64,000 nt of DNA. It comes from Promethearchaeota archaeon (GTDB lineage: Archaea; Asgardarchaeota; Lokiarchaeia; Sigyniarchaeales; SOKP01). The notes below the pieces were generated by a model that ran no database searches, was not told the origin of the DNA, and saw only the letters and a list, made by a program, of their open reading frames with translations. This document shows, one piece after another, positions 9,271 to 19,422 of this stretch (the first letter of the stretch is position 1; each line of letters begins with the position of its first letter). The stretch is taken from NCBI GenBank assembly GCA_011364925.1, contig RDOA01000014.1, forward strand, positions 1-64,000, read 5' to 3'. The translations under genes and the position numbers were made by a program.

Positions 9271-10311
9271 TTACATTAAATTATTCTCCTCATTAAAAGA
9301 GAAAGTTGTACCTACGCTAACATTGAAAGCTTTTATCTTGTCATAATTAGGCGTATTAGCTATTTTAGCGAATTTCTCGCCGCTACAATGAATCGGAAAT
9401 AAATAAAGCGTATCATTGAACATTTCTAGCGAATTCAAATAATCTAATGTGATTCTAATCCTTCTATCTGATGCGCTTGCCATATGAAAACCCCCTATAA
9501 TATGAGTTATTGGTTTATCGGAATGACTTTTTACATAATCTATAGTATTCATTATACCAGAATGACAACACCCATTTAATAGCACGATTCTTTCATCAAA
9601 CTCTAAAATAAGGCACTTATCATCTAAAATTTTATCCATTTTTACAATCCCTGATTGCAGTGAAAAGAAATTATCAAAATCTTCATCGTGGTGAACTCTT
9701 GGAATTTCTCCACTTACAATAACTTTTAAGCCCTTAATATTTGGGATTTCAAAAGTATCCTTTGTAAAATGAACAAGTCCATTTAAAGATTCAATTTGTT
9801 CAAAGTTAATTGACTCTTGATTTACAATTTTAGAAGATGTAAGTAAAGGTGAAAGGTCGTGTTTTGTTTTTCCAATTAGGTCTTGATTTCTTAAATTTTT
9901 ACTGCGTTTAAATAATCTCTCAAATTTTGCGCTTTCGTGACAAATAACTGGCACTTTTTGATCTGTTCGCTCTAATATCTTAATTAATCCTCCTGTGTGA
10001 TCATAATGCCAGTGTGATAGCACAATGTAATCTAAATCGTATAAAGGATATCCTCGGATATCTAAGTTATGTAAATAAGTAAGATTCGAACCTCCTGTAT
10101 CAAATACTATTTTTTTTAATAATATTTCTTCATGTTTTGAATCTCCAATTTTATATACATTAATTAAGAAACCTAAACCGTGTTCAGCCAGAGATTTTGA
10201 CGCAAATAATTTGTCTAATTCAAGAAAATCTAAATTGTGTTCTTCTCGTAAACTTTGGAAAGGTAAAACAATATTGTTTGTCAATAAAATTATTTCTACT
10301 TTAATTATAAT
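9271..10311 (-). CDS. MBL-fold metallo-hydrolase (MJ0301/Tflp-like subfamily)
   Basis: AEHGLG, FDTG, LSHWHYDHTGG, GCCHSG, GGFH and PIHCSG motifs. Start uncertain: ATT/ATA at 10311-10305, or the overlapping TTG at 10356. Confidence 0.85.
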   Translation of the reverse strand: MIIKVEIILLTNNIVLPFQSLREEHNLDFLELDKLFASKSLAEHGLGFLINVYKIGDSKHEEILLKKIVFDTGGSNLTYLHNLDIRGYPLYDLDYIVLSHWHYDHTGGLIKILERTDQKVPVICHESAKFERLFKRSKNLRNQDLIGKTKHDLSPLLTSSKIVNQESINFEQIESLNGLVHFTKDTFEIPNIKGLKVIVSGEIPRVHHDEDFDNFFSLQSGIVKMDKILDDKCLILEFDERIVLLNGCCHSGIMNTIDYVKSHSDKPITHIIGGFHMASASDRRIRITLDYLNSLEMFNDTLYLFPIHCSGEKFAKIANTPNYDKIKAFNVSVGTTFSFNEENNLM

Positions 10312-10327
10312 AACTCTACCTTTAGTT

Positions 10328-11266
10328 TTATAAAAATAATATAATATAATTACCAATTATTATTAAGCTGACAGCTATTATAAATCTCTTACGAAATTTC
10401 TCTTTCAAAATTAATATTGATAAACTTTGCTGAACCATTGGCGTAGTTGCTGTAAACGTTGATGTTAAGACTAAACCGTTTATTTCTACTGCTTTATAAA
10501 ATAGTGTGTCTGCTAATCCTAAGGATAAGGCTCCCGCAATCCCGATATATATGAAATATCTAATCTTTTTCCTATTGTCTTTTGAAAAACTAGAGTAAAA
10601 ATCTTTCCGAAAAATACCAATTATTAAAAATAATATAGTTCCAAAAAAGACTCTCACGAAATTAGTGGTGAATACATCATTAGTAATATTTTTCGTTACA
10701 TAATTGAATGCTACTATGGCTAGTCCCCAAAAAAACGCGACTCCAATTGCTAATACAACGCCTAGAAACAAGTTTTTGGCTTCCTTTTTTTCTTTTTCAG
10801 AATTAACTTCGTTCGAATTTGGTTTATCCTTTGAGCTTAAAAAAAACACACTACTTAGAATCAATAATCCACCTAAAAACAAGGATATTTTTAATTCGTC
10901 CCCAAACAAAATAATAGCAAAAGGGTATACAAATATCAGGCTTAATTGAGTAAGAGGATACACGCGTGAGACATCAATTTTTTCTAAAGAGGTGAAATAT
11001 AAAAAATCTCCAATAGTAACAGAAAATCCAGAAATCAAACAAGCTATTAAAAATCCTAATAAATTTATAGTGTTTAATGAAAATATTGACGACAAAGAAC
11101 CAAACAGCAAAGAAAGTAGAAATGTCCAACACGATACACAGATTAACCTAAATAATATGCTTGGTTTTGACTCAACTTTACCTAAACCAAACTTATATAC
11201 TAATGAAGCTATACCCCATGTAAATAAAGCATCTAATGTTAAAATATACCCAACTAATTCTGCCAT
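10328..11266 (-). CDS. EamA/DMT family transporter
   Basis: Two EamA-like repeats, about 10 TM segments. Confidence 0.85.
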   Translation of the reverse strand: MAELVGYILTLDALFTWGIASLVYKFGLGKVESKPSILFRLICVSCWTFLLSLLFGSLSSIFSLNTINLLGFLIACLISGFSVTIGDFLYFTSLEKIDVSRVYPLTQLSLIFVYPFAIILFGDELKISLFLGGLLILSSVFFLSSKDKPNSNEVNSEKEKKEAKNLFLGVVLAIGVAFFWGLAIVAFNYVTKNITNDVFTTNFVRVFFGTILFLIIGIFRKDFYSSFSKDNRKKIRYFIYIGIAGALSLGLADTLFYKAVEINGLVLTSTFTATTPMVQQSLSILILKEKFRKRFIIAVSLIIIGNYIILFL

Positions 11267-11342
11267 TAACTTAAAATTATTTAGTATTGCTTTAAAATTA
11301 TTTTAAAATTCAAAAGACTAAAGATTAGTTAGCAAATCGGCT

Positions 11343-11951
11343 TTAAATCTTATAATATAACATATAAGCTGAGATTAGAGTAATCCAAACTGCTACTGCT
11401 AACGCCATAGTCCATTCGGTAATTGGAATCCATGTGAATAAGAAAACAACTATTGTTACTGTTGTTATTAAAGCTAAATACACAAAAAACCTTGGAAAAT
11501 TATTACTTTTAGATATTAAGTAACCAAAGAGGGTTAAGTATAGAATTGCACTCAATAAACTTATTAAGGTGAAGGTTCCATGTAGTAAGAATATTATCGT
11601 ATTTTTTGAAGTTGGGAAAACACCAATCAGTGAAAAGAGAATGCATGAAATAATTGTAAAAATACTCCATGCTTTGTATAATTTTCTATCATTTGTTTCT
11701 TTTCCCATTACCTTTATTAGATGCAAATAGAATAGTAAAGCAAAAATCCCTGATAGAAATGTTCCCATGTTGAAAAATATCCCTCCAGGACCTGTTCCAA
11801 GAGCGCTCATCATGTGATTTAAATTATATCCTTGGAAGAGCAGAACAGATATAACATCTCCACTCAACCCTACTATAGCTGATAATAATCCATATATCGG
11901 GGCTGGGATTAAATTGTAGATGTAAAGGATATAAATCTTAATTTTTTCCAT
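11343..11951 (-). CDS. DUF998 / Frag1-like membrane protein
   Basis: Y...MSALG...FN, IGVFP...H and C-terminal EW motifs; 5-6 TM segments. Confidence 0.7.
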   Translation of the reverse strand: MEKIKIYILYIYNLIPAPIYGLLSAIVGLSGDVISVLLFQGYNLNHMMSALGTGPGGIFFNMGTFLSGIFALLFYLHLIKVMGKETNDRKLYKAWSIFTIISCILFSLIGVFPTSKNTIIFLLHGTFTLISLLSAILYLTLFGYLISKSNNFPRFFVYLALITTVTIVVFLFTWIPITEWTMALAVAVWITLISAYMLYYKI

Positions 11952-12030
11952 GGTAACTCAGATTAGTAAATATGAAAATCCCTTTAAACCTTATTTTAGC
12001 TCCAAGAATGGAAAGTTTTTTCAAATATCT

Positions 12031-13203
12031 CTAAGATTTAATTCTTAAGAGCAATTCTTTCGAGGGAGGGCTATTAGATAAGAACATACTAATAATTTCT
12101 TCTCTTACAGAATCATCTCTCTCAGCCAATTCTAACATTTTCGAGAGGTTTTGACCCTCATTTTCGAATAAAAACTCTACTATTGAAACCTTGATCTTAA
12201 AATTTCTAATTATTTTTTTAATATTTGGATATTGTTTATACTTCTTTAAGCTCTGACTCGAAACATCACCATGTGTCAATGCATCACAAGCAATCTCACC
12301 CGCAGCATTCCCTGATACTACACTCGAGTGAATACCCTCTCCACTTATAGGAGAAACGAAACCGGCAGCGTCTCCAATTATTAGAACATTATCTCCATAC
12401 AGACATTCCTCTTTTACGCCTAAAGCTGGAAGTGGATAAGATCCTTCCCAAATTTCTTTATATTCTGCTTTAGGAAAGAATTTCTTTATGAATGGCTCAT
12501 TTATGAACTCGTGATATGCTTGATTTAAATTTTTCTTTAAATTTCCCTCTAACCAAGTGCCACAACCAATATTGAAACGCTTTTCACCAAGAGGGAATAT
12601 CCAACCATATCCTTTGTATTTTCTAAAAAAGAAAGATATAATGTCTTTATCTAAATTATTCTCCCCTTCCATTATAGCACATTTTGCTAACCCTATTTCT
12701 TCAATTTGCCATTTATTTCTTAACCCCGTTTTAAGAGCTAACCTAGAGCTCATACCATCCGCAATAACCAGGATTCTTCCGAAATACTCTTTAGTCCCCT
12801 CTGGTGTTCTTGTTTTTATACCGATTCTTTTGTTATCTTTCGTAATGAAATCAGTCGCGAGATTTTTATCAAATAATTGAGCTCCCGCATCAATCGCTAT
12901 ATTTCTAATAAAATTGTCGAATTCTAGGCGATCCACATTTATAGAATAATTCTTAATATCCTTCCAAGGATATTCGATTTTGTGATAATCCCCGGAATAG
13001 ATCGCTGTTCCAGAGATACGGTGAAAATTTTGTGTTCGCAATTGTGGATAATATTTAAAAATCCGAGAGCTAACTGCACCCCCACATGGTTTTCTCCAAT
13101 TAGCATCTCTTTCAATTAGTGCAACTTTATATCCTTTTTCAGCTATAACTTGAGCACATCTAGAACCTGCGGGACCTGCTCCAGAGATCACGACATCATA
13201 CAC
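12031..13203 (-). CDS. Geranylgeranyl reductase family flavoprotein
   Basis: GAGPAG, KPCGG, RLEFD, ADG, GYGWIFP, IGDAAGFVSPISGEGI. Confidence 0.9.
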   Translation of the reverse strand: MYDVVISGAGPAGSRCAQVIAEKGYKVALIERDANWRKPCGGAVSSRIFKYYPQLRTQNFHRISGTAIYSGDYHKIEYPWKDIKNYSINVDRLEFDNFIRNIAIDAGAQLFDKNLATDFITKDNKRIGIKTRTPEGTKEYFGRILVIADGMSSRLALKTGLRNKWQIEEIGLAKCAIMEGENNLDKDIISFFFRKYKGYGWIFPLGEKRFNIGCGTWLEGNLKKNLNQAYHEFINEPFIKKFFPKAEYKEIWEGSYPLPALGVKEECLYGDNVLIIGDAAGFVSPISGEGIHSSVVSGNAAGEIACDALTHGDVSSQSLKKYKQYPNIKKIIRNFKIKVSIVEFLFENEGQNLSKMLELAERDDSVREEIISMFLSNSPPSKELLLRIKS

Positions 13204-13337
13204 GAGAGTTCACTTGGTGTCTGTAGCAAATTTACATGTAAAGTATGAAAGATTATATTTTGCTTCTTTATAAGTTATTATAGTTAAAATTTGGTTATAA
13301 CAAAAATAATTAATTATTTTTTTCCTTATTTCAAACT

Positions 13338-14552
13338 ATGACTAACAGTAATTCGACGAATTATGATTTTGTAATCGTAGGAGCCGGACCAGCGGGTTTA
13401 ACCGCGAGCATAGTAGCGGCTCGTGGAGGCTTGAAGGTAACTGTTTTAGAAAAAGGTGAACAGGCTGGTCCAAAACCTCGTGGCGAAGGTATGGGTTATT
13501 ATTCAATTGTGGATGAGATATTAGGTGATAATTATTTACCTTCGATTGGGCTTAAGTCTAATGGGGGTAGGGTTTGGCATTCTCCCGGTGATCTACAAAT
13601 AACAACAACGTACCGCGAATATCCTCATTATTTTTTTGAATGGCGGACATTTATTGATAGATTTGTTGAAAAAGCAAATGAGGCAGGCGTTGAAATTTTA
13701 CTCAACTCCGAGGTTATAGAACCTGTTGAAAAAAATGGAAGATGCGTTGGTGTAAAGTATAAAGATAAATCCGGAAATGTAAGTGAAATCCACGGTAAGG
13801 CAATATTGGACTGTAGTGGGTATTCTGGTGTAATTGGAAGATATTATAACGTACCTTACGACGAAGAAATTAACTGTCCTATTGTTAAATGCTTAATTAG
13901 CGAAGCGAATATTGATATAAAAGAGACTCCGGATTTAAACTTTTATTTCATTGGAAATGGTGATTTGGATTATTCGCCTGAGTTTCCTCAATGCGTAGCG
14001 TATATCTTTCCATTAGAAGAGAAAAGAGTGGAAGTAGGTTTAATGCTAAGAATGGCTCAAGTTCCTCAAATGAAAACTGTCAAAATCCCTACGAACAAAG
14101 AAATTTTGATAGTTTGGGAAAAATTAAAAACCAGTTATCCTGGTTTTAGCGAGTTCTTTAAGGGAGCTAAAATCGATTATGAAGAAGTAACGTGGCTCCC
14201 TAACGCTCGAATGGTTGAAAGCTTTGTACCGTTTCCAGGTGTTGTTCTTATTGGAGATAGTGCTGGTTTTGTGAACCCTTTTGGTTCTTCGGGTTTATAT
14301 TACTCCATGGAAATGGCGAAATTTTGGGTTAAAAGCGTAGCAAGTAAATTGAAAGACGAATTTGTGTGGAGTTCTGAAAACATAGATAATTTTAAGAGTA
14401 GTTTCGAAGAATTTGAGGTATACAAGGATGTGAAAGGACTTTATAACTTAATTGGAGCGTTCGAGTATAAAATATTCAATCGATTACGGACTGCTGAAAA
14501 GATCAATAAGAAGTGGGATTATATATCCTCTCTGCTAAAGCAAGCTTCTTAA
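13338..14552 (+). CDS. Geranylgeranyl-reductase-like NAD(P)/FAD oxidoreductase
   Basis: VGAGPAG, KPRGEG, AYIFP, IGDSAGFVNPFGSSG. Confidence 0.85.
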   Translation: MTNSNSTNYDFVIVGAGPAGLTASIVAARGGLKVTVLEKGEQAGPKPRGEGMGYYSIVDEILGDNYLPSIGLKSNGGRVWHSPGDLQITTTYREYPHYFFEWRTFIDRFVEKANEAGVEILLNSEVIEPVEKNGRCVGVKYKDKSGNVSEIHGKAILDCSGYSGVIGRYYNVPYDEEINCPIVKCLISEANIDIKETPDLNFYFIGNGDLDYSPEFPQCVAYIFPLEEKRVEVGLMLRMAQVPQMKTVKIPTNKEILIVWEKLKTSYPGFSEFFKGAKIDYEEVTWLPNARMVESFVPFPGVVLIGDSAGFVNPFGSSGLYYSMEMAKFWVKSVASKLKDEFVWSSENIDNFKSSFEEFEVYKDVKGLYNLIGAFEYKIFNRLRTAEKINKKWDYISSLLKQAS

Positions 14553-14586
14553 CATATTCAATAATATCTTCTTAAAATATCCTCTC

Positions 14587-16212
14587 ATGCAAGATAATAA
14601 AATTAGCATCATTCCTAAACCAGTAAACTTAACTTTTAGAGAAGGTAATTTCATTCTTACAGAACAGACCACAATTGAATCAGAGAAGGGACTCAAAGAC
14701 ACGGCAGAGTATTTTAAAAACCTAATTTCAACTGCTACGGGTTTTAATTTGGCAATGTCTGATCTTACTTCTGGATTGAACAAATCCAATACGATATCTT
14801 TAGAACTCACCGAAAAATTGGACAACCTGGGTGAAGAAGGATATTGTTTAAAGATTAATCAAAATAGAATTATTTTAACTGCACATAAATCAGCCGGAAT
14901 TTTTCATGGTATTCAAACCATTCGTCAGTTGCTACCAATTGAAGTAGAGAAAAAGGCAAAATTATCTAGTTTCGAATGGGTGATTCCCGCTCTTGAAATT
15001 GAGGATTATCCTCGTTTCTCTTGGAGAGGTTTTATGTTGGACGAAGGACGCCATTTCTTTGGAAAAAATGTGGTAAAACATATTCTCGATTTGATGGCGT
15101 ATTTTAAAATGAACGTGTTTCATTGGCACCTTACAGAAGATCAAGGGTGGAGAATTGAAATAAAAAAATACCCTAAACTTACTGAAGTTGGATCAAAGAG
15201 AAAAGAATCGCAAATTGGTGGTTTCCTCAGCAAAAACACTGATGGTACACCTCACGAAGGATATTATACTCAAGAAGAAATAAAAGAGATAATTTCTTAT
15301 GCGGACAAACTTTTTATTAAGATTGTCCCAGAAATTGATATTCCTGGTCATTCAATGGCAGCTTTAGCTGCTTATCCTGAATTTAGCTGTACTGGGGGTC
15401 CATTTGAAGTATCAACTACTTTTAGTGTTAAGCAAGATGTTTTTTGCGTAGGTAAAGAAGCAACTTTTAAATTCTTAAATAATGTCTTAGACGAGATTGT
15501 TGGGCTCTTTCCATCTGACATTATCCATATAGGTGGGGATGAGGTCCCTAAAAAAAGATGGGAAACGTGTCCTGATTGTCAAGAAAGAATAGAAAAAGAA
15601 GGTTTAAAGAACGAGAAAGGACTTCAAGCGTATTTCACTGATCGAATCATGAAGTCTTTATCTTCTCATGGTCGTAGAATCATGGGTTGGAATCAGATTC
15701 TAACTGAAAGTTCAAATAAAGAAATCATCGCTCAAAAATGGCTTTTTGGAAAAAATTTGATTAAAAATCATTTAACAAAAGGAGGAAACGTGGTTTTTTC
15801 TCAATTTGGTTATACTTACCTCGACTACTCTTATGCACTAACATCCCTTAGTAAAACCTACTGGTATGAACCTATTCCTAAAAGCTTGCTAAAAAATTAT
15901 CACATCAACATTCTTGGTATTGAGGCTCCAATGTGGACAGAATGGGTGAGGAATGTGAAAGAACTAGACTGGCAAACCTTTCCACGCCTAATCGTTTTTG
16001 CAGAATCCAATTGGACTCCCAGAGAACAAAAAAACTTTAAATCTTTTAAAAATCGACTTGAATCTATCCTTAAACGATTAGATATTATTGGAGTACAATA
16101 CGCTCATAAAAAAGAGTACCAGCCTTCTATTGTTAAGAGAATTTTTGGGTTTTTTACAATATTTCGAGAGCCAAAAAGAAGTTCTCTCCATTCTAGATGG
16201 AAAGCTTTTTAA
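14587..16212 (+). CDS. Beta-N-acetylhexosaminidase (GH20)
   Basis: IIPKP, DYPRFSWRGFMLDEGRHF, HWHLTEDQGWR, PEIDIPGH, HIGGDE catalytic motif, WTEW; no signal peptide. Confidence 0.95.
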   Translation: MQDNKISIIPKPVNLTFREGNFILTEQTTIESEKGLKDTAEYFKNLISTATGFNLAMSDLTSGLNKSNTISLELTEKLDNLGEEGYCLKINQNRIILTAHKSAGIFHGIQTIRQLLPIEVEKKAKLSSFEWVIPALEIEDYPRFSWRGFMLDEGRHFFGKNVVKHILDLMAYFKMNVFHWHLTEDQGWRIEIKKYPKLTEVGSKRKESQIGGFLSKNTDGTPHEGYYTQEEIKEIISYADKLFIKIVPEIDIPGHSMAALAAYPEFSCTGGPFEVSTTFSVKQDVFCVGKEATFKFLNNVLDEIVGLFPSDIIHIGGDEVPKKRWETCPDCQERIEKEGLKNEKGLQAYFTDRIMKSLSSHGRRIMGWNQILTESSNKEIIAQKWLFGKNLIKNHLTKGGNVVFSQFGYTYLDYSYALTSLSKTYWYEPIPKSLLKNYHINILGIEAPMWTEWVRNVKELDWQTFPRLIVFAESNWTPREQKNFKSFKNRLESILKRLDIIGVQYAHKKEYQPSIVKRIFGFFTIFREPKRSSLHSRWKAF

Positions 16213-16217
16213 CTTTC

Positions 16218-17111
16218 TTAATCTCCTCTAAGAACATCTCTGATTTCTCTATATCCAATTATTTTTAAATCAAGCTCTTTAACGCATTCTTTAAGTTTTG
16301 GATCAGTAAAAGCTTGATAATCCAGATCTCGCCATTTTGCTGAATCTGGTGTTATAGATTCTAATTCAGGGCTCATTTTTGCGGGGTGGAATAAAAAATG
16401 TGTAATCCCCGGTTTAATCTCTTTAAGCATTTTACAATAGTATTCTGTTTTATTAGAACTATCTCCCATTGTTTCAGTAAGTATATTATCGATTAATGGA
16501 GTCCCTTTTTTCTCCAAATTATCAAGCAATTTTAGGTAAAAATCTGCTAGTGCTCCTAATCCTCTAACTTCTAATTCATTTCTCGAAATTCGAGGTAAAA
16601 ACGCTGGAACGTTAAACTCTCGGGCTATCTTCAAATAAGAAGGGAGAAATTTAGGTGCCATAACCGTACTCATATGCGTATCAATGTGAGTTACATCGAT
16701 ACCGTTATCAATCGCCATTTGGACTTGAGCTCGCATTTCCGCTTCTGCTGCTTGAGAGGATATGTGACCAATTGCTTCTTCCGTCGTTCGCCATAAGGAT
16801 CCCTCAGAGTCGAGCAAACCAGTTTTAGGGTCTACACTACTCAAAGCTCGCCATCTGTAAAGATCATATTCACTGGTTAGAGTCATATGAACGCCAATAT
16901 CATAGGAGGGCTTTTTTCTGCAAATTGATGCGGTCTCCAAAAACCAAGGAGCAGGAACTATTGCTGCACCACAACTAGCAACACCAAAATCCAAACATTC
17001 AAAAGTAGCTACATTCGAAGCGTGAGAAAATCCAACATCATCTATGTGTAAAATGACAACCTTATCCGTACTTTCAAAACCAAGTTTATCAATAAGCATG
17101 GTTAAATACAT
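16218..17111 (-). CDS. ChbG/YdjC-family carbohydrate deacetylase
   Basis: ILHIDDVG, IGVHMTLTSE, THIDTHM and FHP motifs. Confidence 0.88.
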   Translation of the reverse strand: MYLTMLIDKLGFESTDKVVILHIDDVGFSHASNVATFECLDFGVASCGAAIVPAPWFLETASICRKKPSYDIGVHMTLTSEYDLYRWRALSSVDPKTGLLDSEGSLWRTTEEAIGHISSQAAEAEMRAQVQMAIDNGIDVTHIDTHMSTVMAPKFLPSYLKIAREFNVPAFLPRISRNELEVRGLGALADFYLKLLDNLEKKGTPLIDNILTETMGDSSNKTEYYCKMLKEIKPGITHFLFHPAKMSPELESITPDSAKWRDLDYQAFTDPKLKECVKELDLKIIGYREIRDVLRGD

Positions 17112-17165
17112 CCTTTTTTGCTTAAAAAATGATATGATAATTTTTATTTCTAAAAAACTCTATGG

Positions 17166-18674
17166 TTATAGAATCCCATTCCAGGCTTTAAGTAGTGGAT
17201 CATCATTAGTTTCTATTAATTCTGGATTCACACTCAATTTCATTACAGATCGCTTTTCTAAATTATATCCAAGCCATTTTGGAATTTTTTCATTATCGGG
17301 ATTGCCTGTGCGAGCAAATGTTATCCAAGTATTCATCATAATGTTTGTTAATTTCTTTGACTCCTCGCTAATCTCCACAGCTCCTTCTGCAGCATCGTTT
17401 TTATCAATTGTATTAAACACAAACGGGATTTCAAAAGTATGAAGCGCAAATCCGAATTTAGGAGACTTATAGGAAAAAACATAGCAATAGATTTTCGACT
17501 GATGAGTGGCGTGTGCTTCGAGTTGACGGACAATTGGAATTTTAAACATCGAATCGGATAAAATTTCGCTCCAGAATAGCATTGGATTATCAGGATATCT
17601 CTTTTCCAAAATTTCTCTATAAAGAACAATAAGTTTTTCTAAATCTTCTTTACTCATCATATCTTTTTGTATAGATGACCGGACAAACTTTAAAATTACT
17701 TTTTTCTTCACAACATTTGAGTTGTTCAATATTTCAGATAAAAATCCTAATTCGTTTTCGTTGTAACCTATCATAACTGGAACTTGATGATTATCGCCCT
17801 TACGAATTATTTCAATAGGCTGTTCTGGAATGATTTTACCATCCATCCAAGGCCAGAAGGGGCTACTTTTAACATTTAATATGCCACCCACGATCTTTTT
17901 TTGTGTCGCAATTATCTTTTCTAATGCCACGCTCCTCAATTCATCAACATTTTCCTTATCAATACCTAACTTGACAATAAATTCCTTACCACCATCTATT
18001 GATCTTTTCGGTTCAAAATTTTTTGGATTTGCGTTTCCACTTTGAATAATAGCTCTGTGAAATAAATCCTTCGAAGAAGGTATAGCAAGCAGTATAGCAA
18101 CTGATTGTCCACCAGCTGATTCACCGAAGATTGTTACGTTATCTGGATTCCCTCCAAAAACTTCAATATTTTCTTTAATCCATTTTAAAGCTAAGATTTG
18201 GTCTTGAATTCCAAGATTGGGAGGTATACCCGGTAAATTGAGAAATCCTAATGCTCCTATGCGATAATTGAAGCTAACTACTACAACATTTCCATAAGAA
18301 GCGAGCTTTGCTCCATCACTTCGAGGCCTACTTCCTGCTCCAATAAAGAAACCTCCTCCATGTATCCAAACCATGACAGGTCTTTTTTTATTGTCCGAAG
18401 CCGGTGTCCATATGTTAAGAAATAAACAATCTTCATCCTCGGGCAACTCAATTTTTGGATCGTCGTTTTGATGCTGAGGTGCTATTGGACCAAATTGGGT
18501 ACAATCTCTTATTTCATCCCATTTTTCTTTTGATTGAGGCTCTCTAAATCTAAGATCACCAATAGGCGCTTTTGCGTACGGAATTCCTTTATAACTTTCT
18601 ACTCCCTCTTCTATAAATCCTTGAACTCTTCCCGATTTAGTGAGAACCACTCCTGTCTTATTCATCTTCTCCAC
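17166..18674 (-). CDS. Type B carboxylesterase (para-nitrobenzyl esterase family)
   Basis: GIPYA..P.G.LRF, EDCLFLNIW, WIHGGGF, FGESAGG nucleophile elbow, H.FEIPFVF. Confidence 0.93.
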   Translation of the reverse strand: MEKMNKTGVVLTKSGRVQGFIEEGVESYKGIPYAKAPIGDLRFREPQSKEKWDEIRDCTQFGPIAPQHQNDDPKIELPEDEDCLFLNIWTPASDNKKRPVMVWIHGGGFFIGAGSRPRSDGAKLASYGNVVVVSFNYRIGALGFLNLPGIPPNLGIQDQILALKWIKENIEVFGGNPDNVTIFGESAGGQSVAILLAIPSSKDLFHRAIIQSGNANPKNFEPKRSIDGGKEFIVKLGIDKENVDELRSVALEKIIATQKKIVGGILNVKSSPFWPWMDGKIIPEQPIEIIRKGDNHQVPVMIGYNENELGFLSEILNNSNVVKKKVILKFVRSSIQKDMMSKEDLEKLIVLYREILEKRYPDNPMLFWSEILSDSMFKIPIVRQLEAHATHQSKIYCYVFSYKSPKFGFALHTFEIPFVFNTIDKNDAAEGAVEISEESKKLTNIMMNTWITFARTGNPDNEKIPKWLGYNLEKRSVMKLSVNPELIETNDDPLLKAWNGIL

Positions 18675-18788
18675 TTTTCAGTATTTATTTAGGAATAAAA
18701 CTCATCCTATTATTAAAACTCTCCTCTTAAAATTATTCTTTAATTTCAAATTAGAAAAAAAAAGAGGATAACTCTTTTAAGACGATTT

Positions 18789-19403
18789 TTACCAAATAGA
18801 AAAGTCTTTTTCTTTGGAAAAATCTCTCTTTAAAGGCTTTCCAGTTAATAAAGTGAGATACCGTATACGTGCTGATTGTTCTGCCCCAGTAACATACTGT
18901 AGTGCGTCTTCTAATGTCATTCCCTTAGCAAAAATCCCATGACCTCTCACTACGACGAATGGATAGTTTTTAAGCATTTTAGGCACCTCAATTGATGTGT
19001 AATATGCACCTGCTGGGATTTCTACATCAATAATTGGAATTTTTTTGTACAGCGCGAAACCTTCAGCGTCTATGCACGTGATCTCATCTTCAATTAAAGA
19101 TAAAGCTACGCAGTAAGGATTATGAGCGTGAATCACAGCCATTGCGTCAGTTTCTAAGTAAATAGCTCTGTGAACTCCAAGCTCGGTACTTGCGATAAGC
19201 GAACTAGAGTCTTCTTCTTTTAATTCACATTCGACCAAATCTTCTATTTTCAAATCACCTAACATTGCAGCTCTTCTTTTAATAATAATTTTACCTCCAC
19301 TTTTAATGGAAATATTCCCTGAATGTGAAGTATTATAACCATGTCTTACTAAATGCTTCCCAACTTTCTTGAATATCTTATATATTGATTCATCAACAAC
19401 CAT
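18789..19403 (-). CDS. Class II aldolase (FucA-like); probable rhamnulose-1-phosphate aldolase by context
   Basis: GNIS, STELGVHRAIY, IHAH and GHG zinc-ligand motifs; last gene of the rhaA-aor run. Confidence 0.85.
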   Translation of the reverse strand: MVVDESIYKIFKKVGKHLVRHGYNTSHSGNISIKSGGKIIIKRRAAMLGDLKIEDLVECELKEEDSSSLIASTELGVHRAIYLETDAMAVIHAHNPYCVALSLIEDEITCIDAEGFALYKKIPIIDVEIPAGAYYTSIEVPKMLKNYPFVVVRGHGIFAKGMTLEDALQYVTGAEQSARIRYLTLLTGKPLKRDFSKEKDFSIW

Positions 19404-19422
19404 AATTTAATTCCTTTTTTAA

